Shown piece by piece: positions 1 to 14,075 of a DNA stretch of 64,000 nucleotides (position 1 is the first letter of the stretch; each line of letters begins with the position of its first letter). This DNA is from Octopus sinensis (taxonomy: Eukaryota), in contig NC_043006.1 in the NCBI RefSeq assembly GCF_006345805.1, positions 82,336,001 through 82,400,000 of the forward strand, written 5' to 3'. The notes beneath the pieces are model-generated. The model had not been told where the DNA came from. It made no database searches and was given only the letters and a program-made list of their open reading frames with translations. A program made the position numbers and the translations under genes.

Positions 1-490
1 TTTGGGAAATATCTATGGTTACATTATTCCTTTAGTTTTTTTTTCCCCTTTTTATGAAGACGTATAAGAAGAATCTGTCTACAAACGTCGAATATGTCGT
101 TTAAATATACATGCTGGGTATGTTTGTACCTCTCGCATACACGTATATTCAGACACGTGTGTGTGGCTTAAAACTTGAGTTCCGTGAAAAGTGAGTGTAT
201 ACACACGCACACACAAAAACACGTATTTTACAGGGTATATAAATAGAATACGTTCGGAGATTAGTACGTGGCGGGTACGTGGCATTCGTTTTTCAGTTAT
301 TGATGCAGGCCTATCCCCACCTCCACTTCAGTCTATGAAAAGAGGGTAGTTTCTGAAACAGATACTTTTATTCTTTTCATGTTCCATAAAAAAAAAGTAT
401 GCGTACTGGAGTCGATGTAATCGATTAGACCACTCTCCCAAAATTTCAAACCTTGTGCATATAATAGAAAGGATTATTACTGTTGTTATT

Positions 491-705
491 GAGGTGACGA
501 GTTGGCAAGATCCGATAGCACGCCGGACAAAATGCTTAGTGGCATTTGTCTCGGCTTTACGTTCTGAATTCAAATTCTGCCGAGGTCGACTTTGCCCTTT
601 CATCCTTTCGGGATCGATGAAATAATTACCAGTTGAATACTAGGGCCGATGTAATCGATTAGTCCCCTCCCTTACAAATTTCAGGCTTTGCACCCCACAA
701 AATAG
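491..705 (+). mobile_element. tRNA-derived SINE, family A (Meta-domain-like body)
   Basis: A/B-box head (TGGCAAGATCCGATAGC...GAATTCAAATTC) plus GCCGAGGTCGACTTTGCCYTTCATCCTTTCGGG body. Further copies near 10572-11000, 13402-13587, 14075-14287, 22405-22615, 38850-38963, 45860-46180, 60300-60690. Confidence 0.85.
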
Positions 706-2489
706 GGTTTTTTTTTTTCTTTTTCTGTATTTCATGTACAGTATAGTGAAAGGTGTGTGATTCGGATTTGGAGCTCCCTTCCACTCTACTCCCTTTTCTA
801 TCCCTATTTCTTGATGTCACCACACTTCATTCATTGACAGTGTTAATGTGAATAATGGTGGTTGTTAAGCCACAAGTCAATTCTGATAAATGAAGCAGGC
901 CAAACTATCAAAGACTTTGTAGCTGTAACCATCCTGGTACACTGTCACTCTCTCTCCACTTCACAAACACATCAACACACACCTCTCTCTCTCACTCACA
1001 TACACACACAACAAACTTCCTATCTCGCACCCCACCATCAACATATACACACGGCCCTGTCCTTTTTCACTTTATGCTGACATCAAACGAAATGTACATT
1101 TCCAGTCACAAAAACAAGAATTCTTTACGGAATTTACCCAACGCTGTAACTTTAACAGCTGATAGATCATTGACAATTCTGCGACTCAAAACGAAAGATC
1201 GCCAGACAATCGGATTTGTGTCTGAAGGGCAACTTTGGCCAACCTTACTAAATTGGCAAAATACTATCTCTATACTGCATCTGTTTATATAAATATCTCA
1301 CAGTCTCTCTTATCAGCTATCACGACAGGGAACCAGTACGGATCGCTCGAACTGCTAGAAATAATTACCTAAACGGATCTTCAAATCACACTACACCATC
1401 TAAGTAAAAGGGGAAAAAAATATTGCTTAATGTGCTTCTTAGTTTCCCTACACGTCAGAAGAAGAAAACCAAACGAGCGGCTCACAGCCGGAACGCCCTT
1501 AATTGTATTTCAACAACGAACTATTGTAGTCAGAGGATGTTGTGTGAGAGGAAAGTTTTTGCTAAACAAGCTTTTTTCTTTCGCATCTTATGTGAATCAG
1601 CACATTTATTTATTTATTTATTGCCTGGCCTCCTTATCATTCTTTCTCTTATTGCTCTATATTCATTTATTTATTTATTTGACACCTGGAAGTTTGTGAT
1701 TTTCATGCTAGTCAAGTCCTCCAGTGCTCAGTGTCAATAACTTCTGCGCTAGACATTTTAGCTCAGTCTCTCTCTCTCGACCCACTTCATAGTTTTAAAA
1801 TGAGAAGAACACGTAGGATATCCTAATCCATAGTGCAGAGTGCTCTAAAAAGTGACGGCCCTACTGAATCATTGCTGGTTAACCTAAGTTAAAACAATAC
1901 TCACTTGTCAATGTTTCCAATTTTTTCACATTATCAGTTGCTATTATGTATATAGTACACGGTCTATTTGGATGTTTATTATTGTGACTTACACTCAGGT
2001 ATTCATTCACACTGCAGTATGATAATAAAATAATTTTACTATAGAATTTAATAATTATCTTACAATGTATACAGGTGTTGAATAGTTGGTAAAATATAAG
2101 TCCGATGTCCTCGTTTTTTGAACTTCTAACAATCGTTGATCACCACTTTTATGAGATCAGGTAAAGTGATTTGTTTTTATGTAATTGGGTCAGATGAAGG
2201 GAAAAGGAAGCCTTGCAAGTTAGCGCGCGACTACTGTTGATTATATTATAAATACTGCCACGCTCGAGATTACCTGAAATCATTAAACACATCCTTATGT
2301 GTAGAGGTTTGCATTGTAAGACTATATACAATATATTATTAGGACCGGTAGGAGATGGATATTATTCGACAGTTCCCTCCTCCAAAAGTTGTGACTTTTG
2401 TGTCGAAGTTACAAATCTGGATGTATGCAGCAGAGCAACAGGCCAAGCACCCGGCAAGTAAAGCCTGAGAGACGGTTTCAATCGCTAAT

Positions 2490-2752
2490 GTGGAGACGCG
2501 TGGATTAGTGGTTAGGGTGTCACCACCATGATCGTAAGATTGTGGTTTCGATTCCTGGACCGGGCGACGTGTTGTGTTCTTGAGCAAAACACTTCATTTC
2601 ACGTTGCTCCAGTCCACTCAGCTGGCAAAAATGAGTAACGCTGCGATGGACTGGCGTCCCGTCCGGCCGGGGAACACATATGCCATAGAAACCGGGAAAC
2701 CGGGCCGATGAGCCTGGCTAGGCTTTGAAAGGGCGCATTTATTATTTATTAT
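2490..2752 (+). mobile_element. tRNA-derived SINE, family C (CORE-like body)
   Basis: A box TGGATTAGTGGTTAG, B box GGTTTCGATTCC, GTTGTGTTCTTGAGCAAAACACTT core, (TTAT)n tail. Confidence 0.85.
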
Positions 2753-3120
2753 AGCTCGCAAATACTAGTGCCGTTGTATAAGCATTGACCCTACCCTTCC
2801 AACAGGTCTGGAGATCACTGGCATTTCAAGTCCCCACATGTATTATCATCACTTCACCATTTAGCCAGTACATGGTTATAGAAATGACATTACGTCCCTG
2901 TGGCAAAGCTGATCAGTGAAACTTTTTTTTAAATCTTTTATCATCGCCTCCATTATTGATTGAAAAGCAACAAAAGTATACTTTCAGTTTGTAGTAAATT
3001 TTTTTTCAAGTTTAATCTATATTTTTTGGCTGTTATATTCAAAAACAAAAGTTTGAAGACACCAACTCATAAATGTTTATATTTATCAGACTACAATAAA
3101 AAATGTAGTTAATTTATTAA

Positions 3121-3662
3121 ACCCCATAGGGCGGAAGCACACAATACAAAAAAATACACTTCTCCTAGTCTGTAGGAGTTACTTTTATTTTTTTTTATTA
3201 TTTCGTTTAATAAACTGGATCTCACCCACCTCACTTCTTCCAAAACTCGGCCCATGTTTTCTTGCGGGTCGAAACCAGTACAGTTACATCGATAAAATAC
3301 GCTTAGCGAAACTTTAAAAAATAAAAATTAAGGTTCCTTTCAATTCCTTTCCTAGAAAAACCTCATACCTTATGCTTCCTGGTTTCAAAATGCTCAGTAA
3401 ACAAATGTTTACTGGGATTCCTTGAATTCATTTTCTGTTTTAGAATAGTTTCGTTTCGTTTCTGTTTTTATATGTTATTACTCTTTGTCACCTGTTAAGT
3501 GTATCCGCCGCCTATCAGTAGCCGTCCGGTTTTTACTAAAACCTGCCGAAAAGAAGCTACCTCCATATGAAATATATACATTTAAAAAAATCTCACACGG
3601 TCTTTCGATACTTGAACTACGTTTTTACCGTGCATTTTATTTTCAAACTAGGTAATGTAAGT
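3121..3662 (+). promoter_or_regulatory. Candidate promoter and non-coding first exon (probably of RER1)
   Basis: Non-repeat CpG-retaining sequence, GGGCGGAAG (GC-box/ETS-like) at 3129-3137, tandem donors AG|GTAATG (3652) and AT|GTAAGT (3657). The link to RER1 is inferred. Confidence 0.4.
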
Positions 3663-6074
3663 TTTTAATTTACTTGGATGCTTTATTGTCTTATCTGTTT
3701 TTAATGTTAGTATTACGAGTGCTTGTAGTTGCTCTTAAAACTACTTCACTTGTATTGCGTGAAAAGGTACGCACGCCGCCTTAATTAATCCTCCTATTTT
3801 TATAAATATGAGGTCGTCTTGTGTCTGTATAAGAGAAAGATATTTGGTTTGTGTCCCATTTAATATACGTCAATTTTAACTCGGGGAAAACCTTGAACTA
3901 ACAGCTGCACTGAAGCAGATCTAAATTTAGACATTCCTCCTTTTATCATTCAAACTATTATAGAATCGGCGTGTGAACGTTTTAGTGTTTTGGTCTTGTT
4001 CTTCCATCTGTTAAACATTCCATATAAATTGTTGGTTGGTTTGATCTAAAGATAATGTAGGTTGCATTTCACATAGTATAACGAATATTATTTTGGTCTT
4101 TATTGAAGTAATTTAATGTTCTTATTGATGAAAATCTTTAAAAACAATATATATATTACTAATTCGTTACAAGAAAGACGTTTGTAGGAGAACATACATT
4201 TCAGAACTCCGTTCGTTTCTTGACAACTCTCGGATGATAGATAGACAAGCTCTGTCTACTGGTCTTCTATATTTTGTGTCGGTTCACTGAACGGCAATAT
4301 TATAAATACGTGCAGAACTTTTTATTCTTCGCCATACTTTGTGTTATCTTACCTCAACAGTATAACAGCCAACGCAGGGACCTCTACGCGGTCGCACGAC
4401 TTGTTTGAGATCGGAGCCAAATCTCCATCTTACCACACCCTTCTGATTTTAGCTCTACACTTTCACTTTTATTATACCTGCATTGTCCAAAGTGAAAGTG
4501 AAGCTTTTAAATCGAGTAGTTACACTATCTATCTATCTATCTATCTCTTTCTCGCCATATCTCTATCATCTATCTATCCGTCTGTGTGTCATATGTAAAG
4601 TAAAGTAAACTGGATTACTAGCTCGATGTTGTTTGTCCTTATGTAAACAACGACACAAATTCCCTGATAGGCAAGTAAGTTGACATTTGTTTTTATAGTG
4701 TCAATAATGACCAACATATCTGTTGCTTTGACGACAAGGTCGGTATTTTTCCTATGACGAAGTTTATATATTCTTTATCTCTACCTGTAGTATCTACCTA
4801 TTTCATCTTAATTTGTTTCGTCTAGCAAAAAAATCGTGCGATCGCCGTAAGGTGTGTCTGTCGTATCTTTGTCGAAGGAAAATAGATAAAACGTGGACAA
4901 TTGGTGTGTGATTTGAACTCAGAACGATGAGGTACGAAACTTAATATAGTAAAGTATCATTCCATTTAGTCAGCTGATCGCTCTGACTAAAGTGTAATTC
5001 TTACAATAGCATGTGTAGTGGCGTTATCTAGAACATGACTTGTAACTATTTGGTCGATGTCTGCCGGATTTAGAGCCCAAAAGTAAAGAAAGATAAGTAG
5101 ATACCTTAAGATATTTATTCAGCATTATCTATCTCCCAACCTATGTATAATGTCAACAGATAAATATAGGTAGTGTCATCTGATGAGATTCAGATATGCT
5201 GAATGTAGAAAACAGTGGCGCCCAAATGATTTGAACTGACACTCCGAAATACTTACCCCGAGGACTGTGTGAAGAGTGTGAGAGGAAGCCAGGTGAACAG
5301 ATATGGAGATAATGATGTTAATAAACAAGTAAAACTGCTTGGGCTAGATGAATAAATTATACGTACATTTATACACGTATATAGAGAGAATCGAAAACTG
5401 AAAAATATTCAGACGATGAACAGTTGTGACGAAACTAAGCTGGGATTCTTCGAACTACCCTATAAGATCCAACGAGAAAGACTCGATATTGTCGCTTGAT
5501 CTGCTGGAAATGCCACCCAACTCCGTTTCTAAAGTTAAGAATTCTTGAATTATATATAGTTTGAACTTCTTTAATTATGCAGCTAACTGGTAGGTGCTAA
5601 AAGCAGCACACGTGTTGGATATAATACGCTTTTAAAATAGAACTTCGCCCCGCCAGCTTTCATAGAATCACCAGTTCGTTCACCTCTTTGTTGATATTTC
5701 TCAGCGAATTCCAGAAGTTCACCCTATTTTCCTACTATCTCCCAGGTTCGTCTTCTGTGTGATACTTTAGATAAAGACACCACATCAGCTGTAAGACGAG
5801 TCGACGTTAAAATTTAAATAGACAAATAGGTAAACAAAAAACTGTTGCTTACCAAAAAGAACTTTATTCGGATCTTTTGTTGTCGTGCCACGAAGTTGTC
5901 TACTATCAAACATTGCTTTTTCTGCTGTACCCACCCATTCATTCATCGTACGTAGCAGTTTCATGACACATGCCTGCTTGCGTCCATGTTAATGTATATT
6001 ACTTATCTGTGGTGTGTAATTGTATGTACGATATGTGTAGCACCTGTAGGTGAATGGGTAGTATGTATGAGTAA

Positions 6075-6241
6075 TTAATGTATATAGCTAGGAGGTGCGG
6101 TAGGGTCGGTCCGCCCTAGGCGGCAATTTTCATCCTGTTGTAGGCTACTGCTGTAGGCAGTGTGTTTTTGTTTTTCCTTTTGTGGGGTCCAGTGGCAGCA
6201 GAGAGAAGGACCGCGCCGGGCGGCACACTCTAGCTACACTA

Positions 6242-6245
<4 letters not shown>
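6075..6245. mobile_element. Short hAT-like MITE
   Basis: Inverted ends TAGCTAGGAG...CTCTAGCTACACTA with internal CCGCCC..GGGCGGC boxes. Confidence 0.5.
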
Positions 6246-6318
<73 letters not shown>

Positions 6319-6325
6319 ATATATA
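6243..6325. repeat. (TA)n/(TG)n microsatellite; similar tracts at 15558-15608 (CT), 20894-20928, 24488-24540 (CT), 38440-38665, 51940-52030
   Basis: Directly visible dinucleotide arrays. Confidence 0.95.
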
Positions 6326-9129
6326 CAGAGACGACTAACACTTCTAATATATTCTACATCCTGACGTTTACTCTCTCGTGGGAAATCTATAACCAAACTA
6401 CTTACATGACTCATGTGTGTGTGTGTATATATATATATATAGAGAGAGAGAGATAGTTCGTTCGTATACTCAGTGTCGTTTTGTATACGTTATACTCTAT
6501 ATATGCACCAAGAGTAAGAAGTGACATTTATGTATCATATTTTGAACTTGTAAAATTTTATATTTTCAAAACGTTGATTAATATTTGCCAAAAAGAACAG
6601 AAAAACGCTCGTCATAGTTGTGTGACAATGTAGATTAGGTATTCATTTATTTATTTGCCTGACAGCAAGTCTTACGTAAATAATAGTAACCTTACTGTAA
6701 TTTAATCTTCCACTTCTGACAGCTAGCTGTTGATATAAATATACTTTATTGTTGGTTATTTAGCCCTAGGTTAACCTTGATCGAACGATCGTTTTTACGA
6801 GGAAGGGCATTCCAGCCGTGATCATTCATCAATTCCACTGTGTTTTTGTTTTCTCACAGTAACCATAGGAGGAGATAATTCAACGTGTCTGTTTTAAAAA
6901 AAAAAAACAATAAGGTGGAGTTTTAGAGAAACGTTCTTTATAGCAGTTTGAGCAACCACGCAAGCGGCTTTTCTCTCGTTTTGCTCCAGGGAGCACATAA
7001 GAGGCGCTTTCTTATTGGCTCCAGAGACCACGTAAGGGGCTCTTTCTCATTGGCCCAGCTAGCACATAAGAAGCTCTCCTTACTCACTGGATCGGGGGGG
7101 AACCGCATAAGCGCTTCTGCTATTATTGACTTTTATGTGTTTTGTTTATGTAGCAACAGCGAAAAAAAAAAAAAGAAAAAGAAAAAACGAACAGAATAAT
7201 TAAATTTGTTTAACAAATTCTAAATTCTTTGTTGAGTGATTTGTTTTAGCTATTCCCAGAAAATAAGGAGGAGAAAGAACTACCAGTGATATATATTCTG
7301 CACCAGTCACTGACTCATGGTGTTTTCCCGTCAGATGCACCACTGTCGTCCAAATTCGACAGGAGAAGGGCAGTCCAGAGATCTAGGGTGCTAGAAGTTT
7401 CAGTAGTGAGCAAAAGGGAATCTTTCTAGTAATTTACTTGACTAATTGCAGATTGGTGGAATTGAAGGAATATCAGACCGGATGTGTTGTGGTATCAGTT
7501 CTGGCCCTTCGCATTCTGAAAACAACGATGTTGGTGCCAAGCTGTATTGACCAAAAAAGTGGTAAAAGTGGCAGCATTTCCTTGGGACGACGTTGGTGCC
7601 ATTGAGAATGGAAACTTGACATGCGTGAGTGGCTACCAGTCTAACTCATAAAACTAGCATCTTCTGTTGCCGTGGATATCAGATGGTTGCTCTGCTTTTA
7701 TGGCCTCTGTCATTTGCAGGTAGTCAAGTTGGTTGAATAACTGAATCAATAAGATCACTGGAGATTCATTTACTTTACTGTGTAAATCTTATTTTATTTC
7801 CTTGTCTATGTAATTCCTGCAGATAAAGATAGCCATTCATTCTTCTTCTGGAAAATAGCTTTTGTTTTGTTGTTTTTTGTTTTTTAATCTCTAGTCCTGA
7901 GTGTAGAGACAGAGTTCCAAATACTTTAATATAAAAGCCTGTGGTTACATGCTATACTTAGAAATAGTAGTGAAATTTCCTTCAAATTATACTCAGTATA
8001 GGTAAAATCACAATCGATAAATTGAGACCACATACTCCCTAAAAAAAGTGGTGATGGTAGCTGGAACACTTTTAAGTCTGTTTGATCAGTATCCAAACAG
8101 CAGTGACCCTATTGTATATACCCTAAGGCTCCAGTGGATGTGAGATTAAAGTGGTAGGCTACTAAGTTCAAGTTTATATAAGACACCCCCTTTCCATTCT
8201 TAATTACTTCAAATCAAAGAAATCTAGTTTCTCAAATAGAAGTACTGCAAGTTTCCATTTGTTTGTCTGCTCTTTTCAATCTATATTTGTACAATTTTCC
8301 CAACACCCCAAAAATTACAGCTGGCAACATCATACTTAGACCACACACACACACACACACACACACTATTATTCAATGGAAACTGTATGGAAGATCGTAT
8401 ATATATATGCATTACATCCCATTGCTCAGCACTCTCAAGATTATACAATAAAAGATTACTTGTAAAACAGATAAGGGGGTTGGCAGCAGGAAGAGCATCC
8501 AGCTGTGAAATGCTGCCCCAGAAAATTACCGGTTCAGCTTTGCTAGGATAGCAAAATAGGCATAAAAACAAATGAATTACCTGTTGATAACCGAAACATA
8601 CCATGTAAAGTGATGTTGTATTATAATGATTTCTTTTATTGATGTAATATAATTAGAACTACCACCTGGTGTCTCTCTGCAACATACATTTGCACCATTC
8701 ACAGAAGATATATGATAAATAAAAGTAGAACAATGAATGTACATACTAAACTACTGATGGATATTATAAGGTGCAAAAATAAAGCAACAACATTAACAAA
8801 AGCAATACACCATTAATAAGAACAGAGGAACAATAGGTGAACAATTCCAATCCGGTCCATCATGCTTGTCTAACCAATGAAGGAGCCTCTATGTGGTTGC
8901 TTGACCTTCTAGAAATAGCTGTGAAATTACTTCAAAATCATAGCCTGCCACCTTGGTTAGTGAAGGGTCAGTTTAGGCATACTAATCCTACGTCTGGAAA
9001 GTCTTTGATAAAGGTCTATTCAGTCAGGGCCATTGTGAGGCTAAACAAATAACAACAGTCGTAGGTACATAAAAATAGACTGGACATTGAGAAGTGTATA
9101 TGTCCAGGCTGTTACACTGCACTCCAAAT

Positions 9130-9649
9130 CAGGGCTTCTCAAACCATCTGATATCGCATATCAACAGTTGCTGTTTTTTTCCAATGTGCCAGGGACTGGT
9201 AATATTTCTTAGTAATATTAATTCATACCAGAAACAATATATCATCCTCATCATCGTTTAACGTCTGCTTTCCATGCTAGCATGGGTTGATGATTTGACT
9301 GAGGTCTGGCAAACCAGATGGCTGCACCAGACTCCAATCTGATCTGGCAGAGTTTCTACAACTTGGTGCCCTTCCTAACGCTAACCACTCCAAGAGTGTA
9401 GTGGGTGCTTTTACATGCCACCGGCATAGGAGCCAGTCCAGCAGCACTGGCAACAACAACGACCTCGCTCGAATGCATATATATATATATATAATAAATA
9501 TAATAAAAGTTGACAATTTTTTTTTATCGTGTATTATTTTGTAAACAAATAATACAATAATATATAAGCATTTTATAATGTTTCTTTTCTCTAAACTCAC
9601 CATGCACCGGCAGCTGATGGTTCACGGACCACCACTTTGAGTAACACTG
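9130..9649. mobile_element. hAT/Charlie-like MITE split by an RTE 3' fragment (9241-9475, -); related MITEs at 13013-13250 and 36363-36673
   Basis: Ends CAGGGCTTCTCAAAC...TTTGAGTAACACTG; the others read CAGATTTTCTCAAC...GTTGAGAGCCACTG and CATTGGTTCCCAAC...GTTGAGAACCGTTG. Confidence 0.6.
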
Positions 9650-12049
9650 CTCTGTATGATGCATCACTCGTGTTAGCAAGTGCACTCTACTCAGTTGGAT
9701 AGTGATATGCTTTATCTACAGATCTGTGGATTGCACCTAATTGTTCAACTGACTACCTGCATACCATACAGAGTTGTTTGATCAAAGCTGAACTAGAGCT
9801 GCAAAAACAACATCAACAACAATGCATCAGGTCTATTGTGAATTATGTTGGTTTTGTCTGTCACTTCAGCAACAAACTACAAAGACAATATGGCAGTTTC
9901 CACACTGTCCCTCACCCACCAACTTTCCAGCTTAAAAACAAAAAATTACTTGATGAAAAACTACTTGAGGTTATAATGCAAGATACAATTCATTTTCATA
10001 GCATCTGTAAGTATAAGTACACTGCAAGTGCAGACTGAACAACAGAAAGAATGCAACAAGCTTAACCTGTTACATTATGCAGCACACAATTAGCTTCTGC
10101 ATATCAGAGTGCCTGTAGCATAGTACTTAATCCCTTCATTACTATATTTTTCTGTTGAAATATACCACTTTTCCTCAATTAATTTTGAAAATAATGAAGT
10201 CCTCATCATCGTTTAACATCCACTTTCCATGCTAGCATGGGTTGGACGATTTGACTGAGGACTAGCAAACCAGATGGTTGCACCAGGCTCCAATCTTGAT
10301 CTGGCAGAATATCTACTGCTAGATGCCCTTCCTAACGCCAACCACTCCAAGAGTGTAGTTGGAGCTTTTACGTGTCACCGGTACGAGGGCCAGTCAGGCT
10401 GTTCTGGCAACATCCACGCTCTAATGGTGTTTTTTACGTGTCACCTGCACAGGAGCCAGTCCAGCAGCACTGGCAATGACCTCGCTTGAATGTTTTTTCA
10501 CGTTCCAGTAAGGCAACACTGGTGATGTGGTAACGCAGTTTAATAATAATTAGTAAAATAATTATTATTAAACTGGCAGAATTGTTAGCGCGCCAGGCAA
10601 AATGCTTTGTGACATTTCACCTGTCTTTACGTTCTGAGTTCAAATTCTGCTGAGGTCGACTTTGCCTTTTACCCTTTCAGGGTCAGTAAAATAAGTACCT
10701 GTCAGGTACTGGTATGGATGAAGTCGACTTATTCCCTCCCCTCAAAAACATAGGGTCCTGTACCAAAATATTTGAAACTAATATTAAGCTGGCAGATTCA
10801 TTAACACATTGACCGAAATGTTCAGTGGCATTTTTTTCTGGCTGGTTACAATCTATGTTCATTTTCTGCTGAGGTTGGCTTTACCGTTATCCTATCGGGG
10901 TTGATAAAATAAGCACCAGTTGAGCACTGGGGTTGATATAATCAACTTCCCCTTCCCTCAAAAACTGCTGGCCCTGTGACAAAATTTGAATATATCATTA
11001 AGCAGGTGTTTGGAATATAATTAATGTGAAATTTTGATAGTAGATTTTAATTTTTAATAATTTTAAAACAGGGAGTTTGTATCATAGAAATAGGGGTGGC
11101 CTTCGGTATGTTGCTTTCAAGAAGGTGGAATGGTTGGAAACGTGGATATCTAGAAAGTGGAATCTGCCTTGCACAGATCCAGCTATTGACATGGCCACTG
11201 GTCTGACCTGAGGGGCTACATGGCAAAAACAATTTGTTCCAACAACAAACAAATATCCAGATTTATAAAAATAATCCTATCCTTGCTGTTACGAGTGTAT
11301 GCAGGTGCAAGGATGTAATACTGTAAATAAAAAAAAACTGACAGCATACTTTGATTGATTTACAGTTAAACACAGTGTCAGAGAGCTACTTTATTAGTTT
11401 TTTTTTCTTTCTTTTATACATCATTTAACATGTATTTCCTCTTCTGGAGTCTCACTTCTTATAACTGTCCTTCGTCGTCTGGCAAGCATAGCCAGAGAAA
11501 AACCACAACATGTATTAGTTTCTTGCATGTGATATTCTTTTGTCTTGGCTCCTGGCATTGATTATCTCATAACATGGACTGGGTACATTTTATTGTGCCA
11601 CCAGCACCAGTGATGTTGTCAACAGCTGGTCTAAAGAAGTCCTTTTAAATTCTGTCAGTTTCTAATTGTAGTTACACTTAAATGGGGTCACCTTTACTGT
11701 AACTTACTGATTTCATATCTTCTCATTTCATTCCTCCTTTTTGGGTGTGTTGTTGTATTGTTGGTTACCATTCCTATCACTGACTACAACATAAACTGGA
11801 TGCTCCAAAGAGGTTGTCTGCTAGAACTAAAGAGTCCCCCTTTGCCTTGATATATATATATGCACCACATCTTACAATTAGAAATTACCAGTTTCAAAAC
11901 CAATAAGAAAATGAAGAGTTCTACTGTATAGTAAGTAATCATTGTGCCCTTAAACTCCCCTACTCCACCATACCTTTATGGGTAATTGTGAGATCAACTC
12001 TCATAACTGATTGTATTTTTTTCTTCCCATTTCATTATTGAACTAGCAC

Positions 12050-12365
12050 TCATACCCCAGTTACAATGATGAGGGTTTCAGTTGATCTGATCAATGGAAC
12101 AGCCTGTTTGTGAAATTAATATGCAAATAGCTGACTGCTTGTCAGACATGCATATGCTCAACAGAGTTCTCAGGTAGATTCAGCATGACACAAGATGTGA
12201 CAATGCTGGCCCATTGAATGCTACACATTTTTGCCAGCTGAGTGGACTGGACCAACGTGAAATAAAATGTCTTACTCAAGGACACAAGGTACTGCCAGTA
12301 ATTGAACTTATGACCTTATGATTGTAAGCTCAATACTCTAACCACTGAGCCATGTGTCTTCGCAG
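12050..12365 (-). mobile_element. Family C SINE head/core with an alternative 3' tail
   Basis: Reverse complement of TGGCTCAGTGGTTAG...CCTTGAGTAAGACATTTTATTTCACGTTGGTCCAGTCCACTCAGCTGG, followed by a tail unrelated to the 2490 copy. Confidence 0.7.
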
Positions 12366-14040
12366 AATGGATGAAACATCACCTTGTTAATGCGCCATTA
12401 TGATACAAGCTTATCAATAGTATTTAGTTCTTCCAAAACAAAAATTACCTTTTGTTACCAAGCCACCCAAGACTGCTCTTGGGTTTTATGATATCAATTT
12501 CCTCTTTTAAAGTGGCCTAAGTTAAAATCTTCCATCAAAATTCCTTGTACATTTGTTCCAAATTCCATCTTTATTTCAATAAATTCTTCATTATTTTCAA
12601 AATTAACTAAAACAAAAGCAGTATATCTCAACAAAAATATGGTAACAAAAGGGTTAAAGTTCTCCATATTTTTCAGAAAAGGAAAAAGACTTCAGGTAAA
12701 TCAAATGATGATTTCTTGGACTTAGATTTGGAAGCTAAATTTTTCCTCATACTCCACCCAATCTTAAGTTTATTCTAGAGCAACATTAAAATACACTTAT
12801 GTCCCTATGTTAATCTTCACTTGAGATGGATCGAACCAGCTTAAGTGAATGTTAGCAGTTGCAAAACAAAAGTGGTTATGTATAGCTATCACAGATGTTT
12901 GATGTAAAGAATATCAACTAGTCACAAGCTCAATAGTGTGAGAGCCAAATATTGATTCAAGGTCTGCCTTGATTGCAGTAATGCAGGTGTGCAACTGTCT
13001 TGCTGTTTGCACCAGATTTTCTCAACCATTTTACACCACTGGACCACTTTGTTTCCTATTTTACTCAACTGGACCCTCATACTCATTCAGTGTTTTTAAA
13101 ATGTCCTGTTATATTTTTATAATTAAATACTAATAAGGAATTGTATTTAAAAAATTGTTAAAATATTTTGTGTATTGTGGAAATATAACCAATTTATTGC
13201 ACATAAACTTTAACTAAAATCTTATGTGGACCCTAGTTGAGAGCCACTGGTTAGCACCATCCCAGTAAGAGCTGTGACATAACTACATCATGGTTGAATT
13301 CAGCTTGTGAACAATTGTGTAACATGTCCATCAAAGAACGGTTGGTCATAACTGGAATACCTGAAACAGTGCTTATGTACTTATACATAATGTATATATA
13401 CCTCTTTACTACCCACAAGGGGCTAAACACAGAGGAGACAAACGGATTAAGTTGATTACATCGACCCCAGTGTGTAACTGGTACTTAATTTATCGACCCC
13501 GAAAGGATGAAAGGCAAAGTTGAACTCAGAACATAACGAAATACGGCTACACATTTTGCCCGGCAGTGCTAACATTTCTGCCAGCCTAATACTTATATAT
13601 GATGTATATATGCATATGATAAATTAGTGTTTATTGTTGAGGAATTCAATTAGGAACCAACAATTTCAATAAAATTATCTGGCAGTGCCCTAGCATGGCC
13701 ACAGACAAGTAAAAGTAAAAAGGTAGGGAAGAAGAGTGTGGGAAGGAGAAAAAAATTAATGAATGAATGTGTAGACTATAAAAAAAAAATTTTTTTTTTA
13801 ATTATATTTTGGATTGTTGATCTAATTTCAGAGTTTGATATCTGGTTTTAATGCTGCTAAGTCACAGGTGTTTGTAAAAATATATTCTGACAAGATAACT
13901 TTAGGATCCTACTTATCATAAATAATTTTAAGAATTTTGAAATTTTGAAACATATGGAGTTTTTGTTTTATTTGTCCATATGCAGCCTTCAACTTTTTGC
14001 CATTCAAAGGTCTTTTTAATCCAACAGTCTACATATTGTA

Positions 14041-14075
<35 letters not shown>

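Noticed and set aside
5172-5225. CTGATGAG-ATTCAG..CTGAAT-GTAGAAAAC, hammerhead-like
   Set aside because: Extra bases before GAAA, no stem III or UH cleavage site, stem I mostly G-U, and no TSD.
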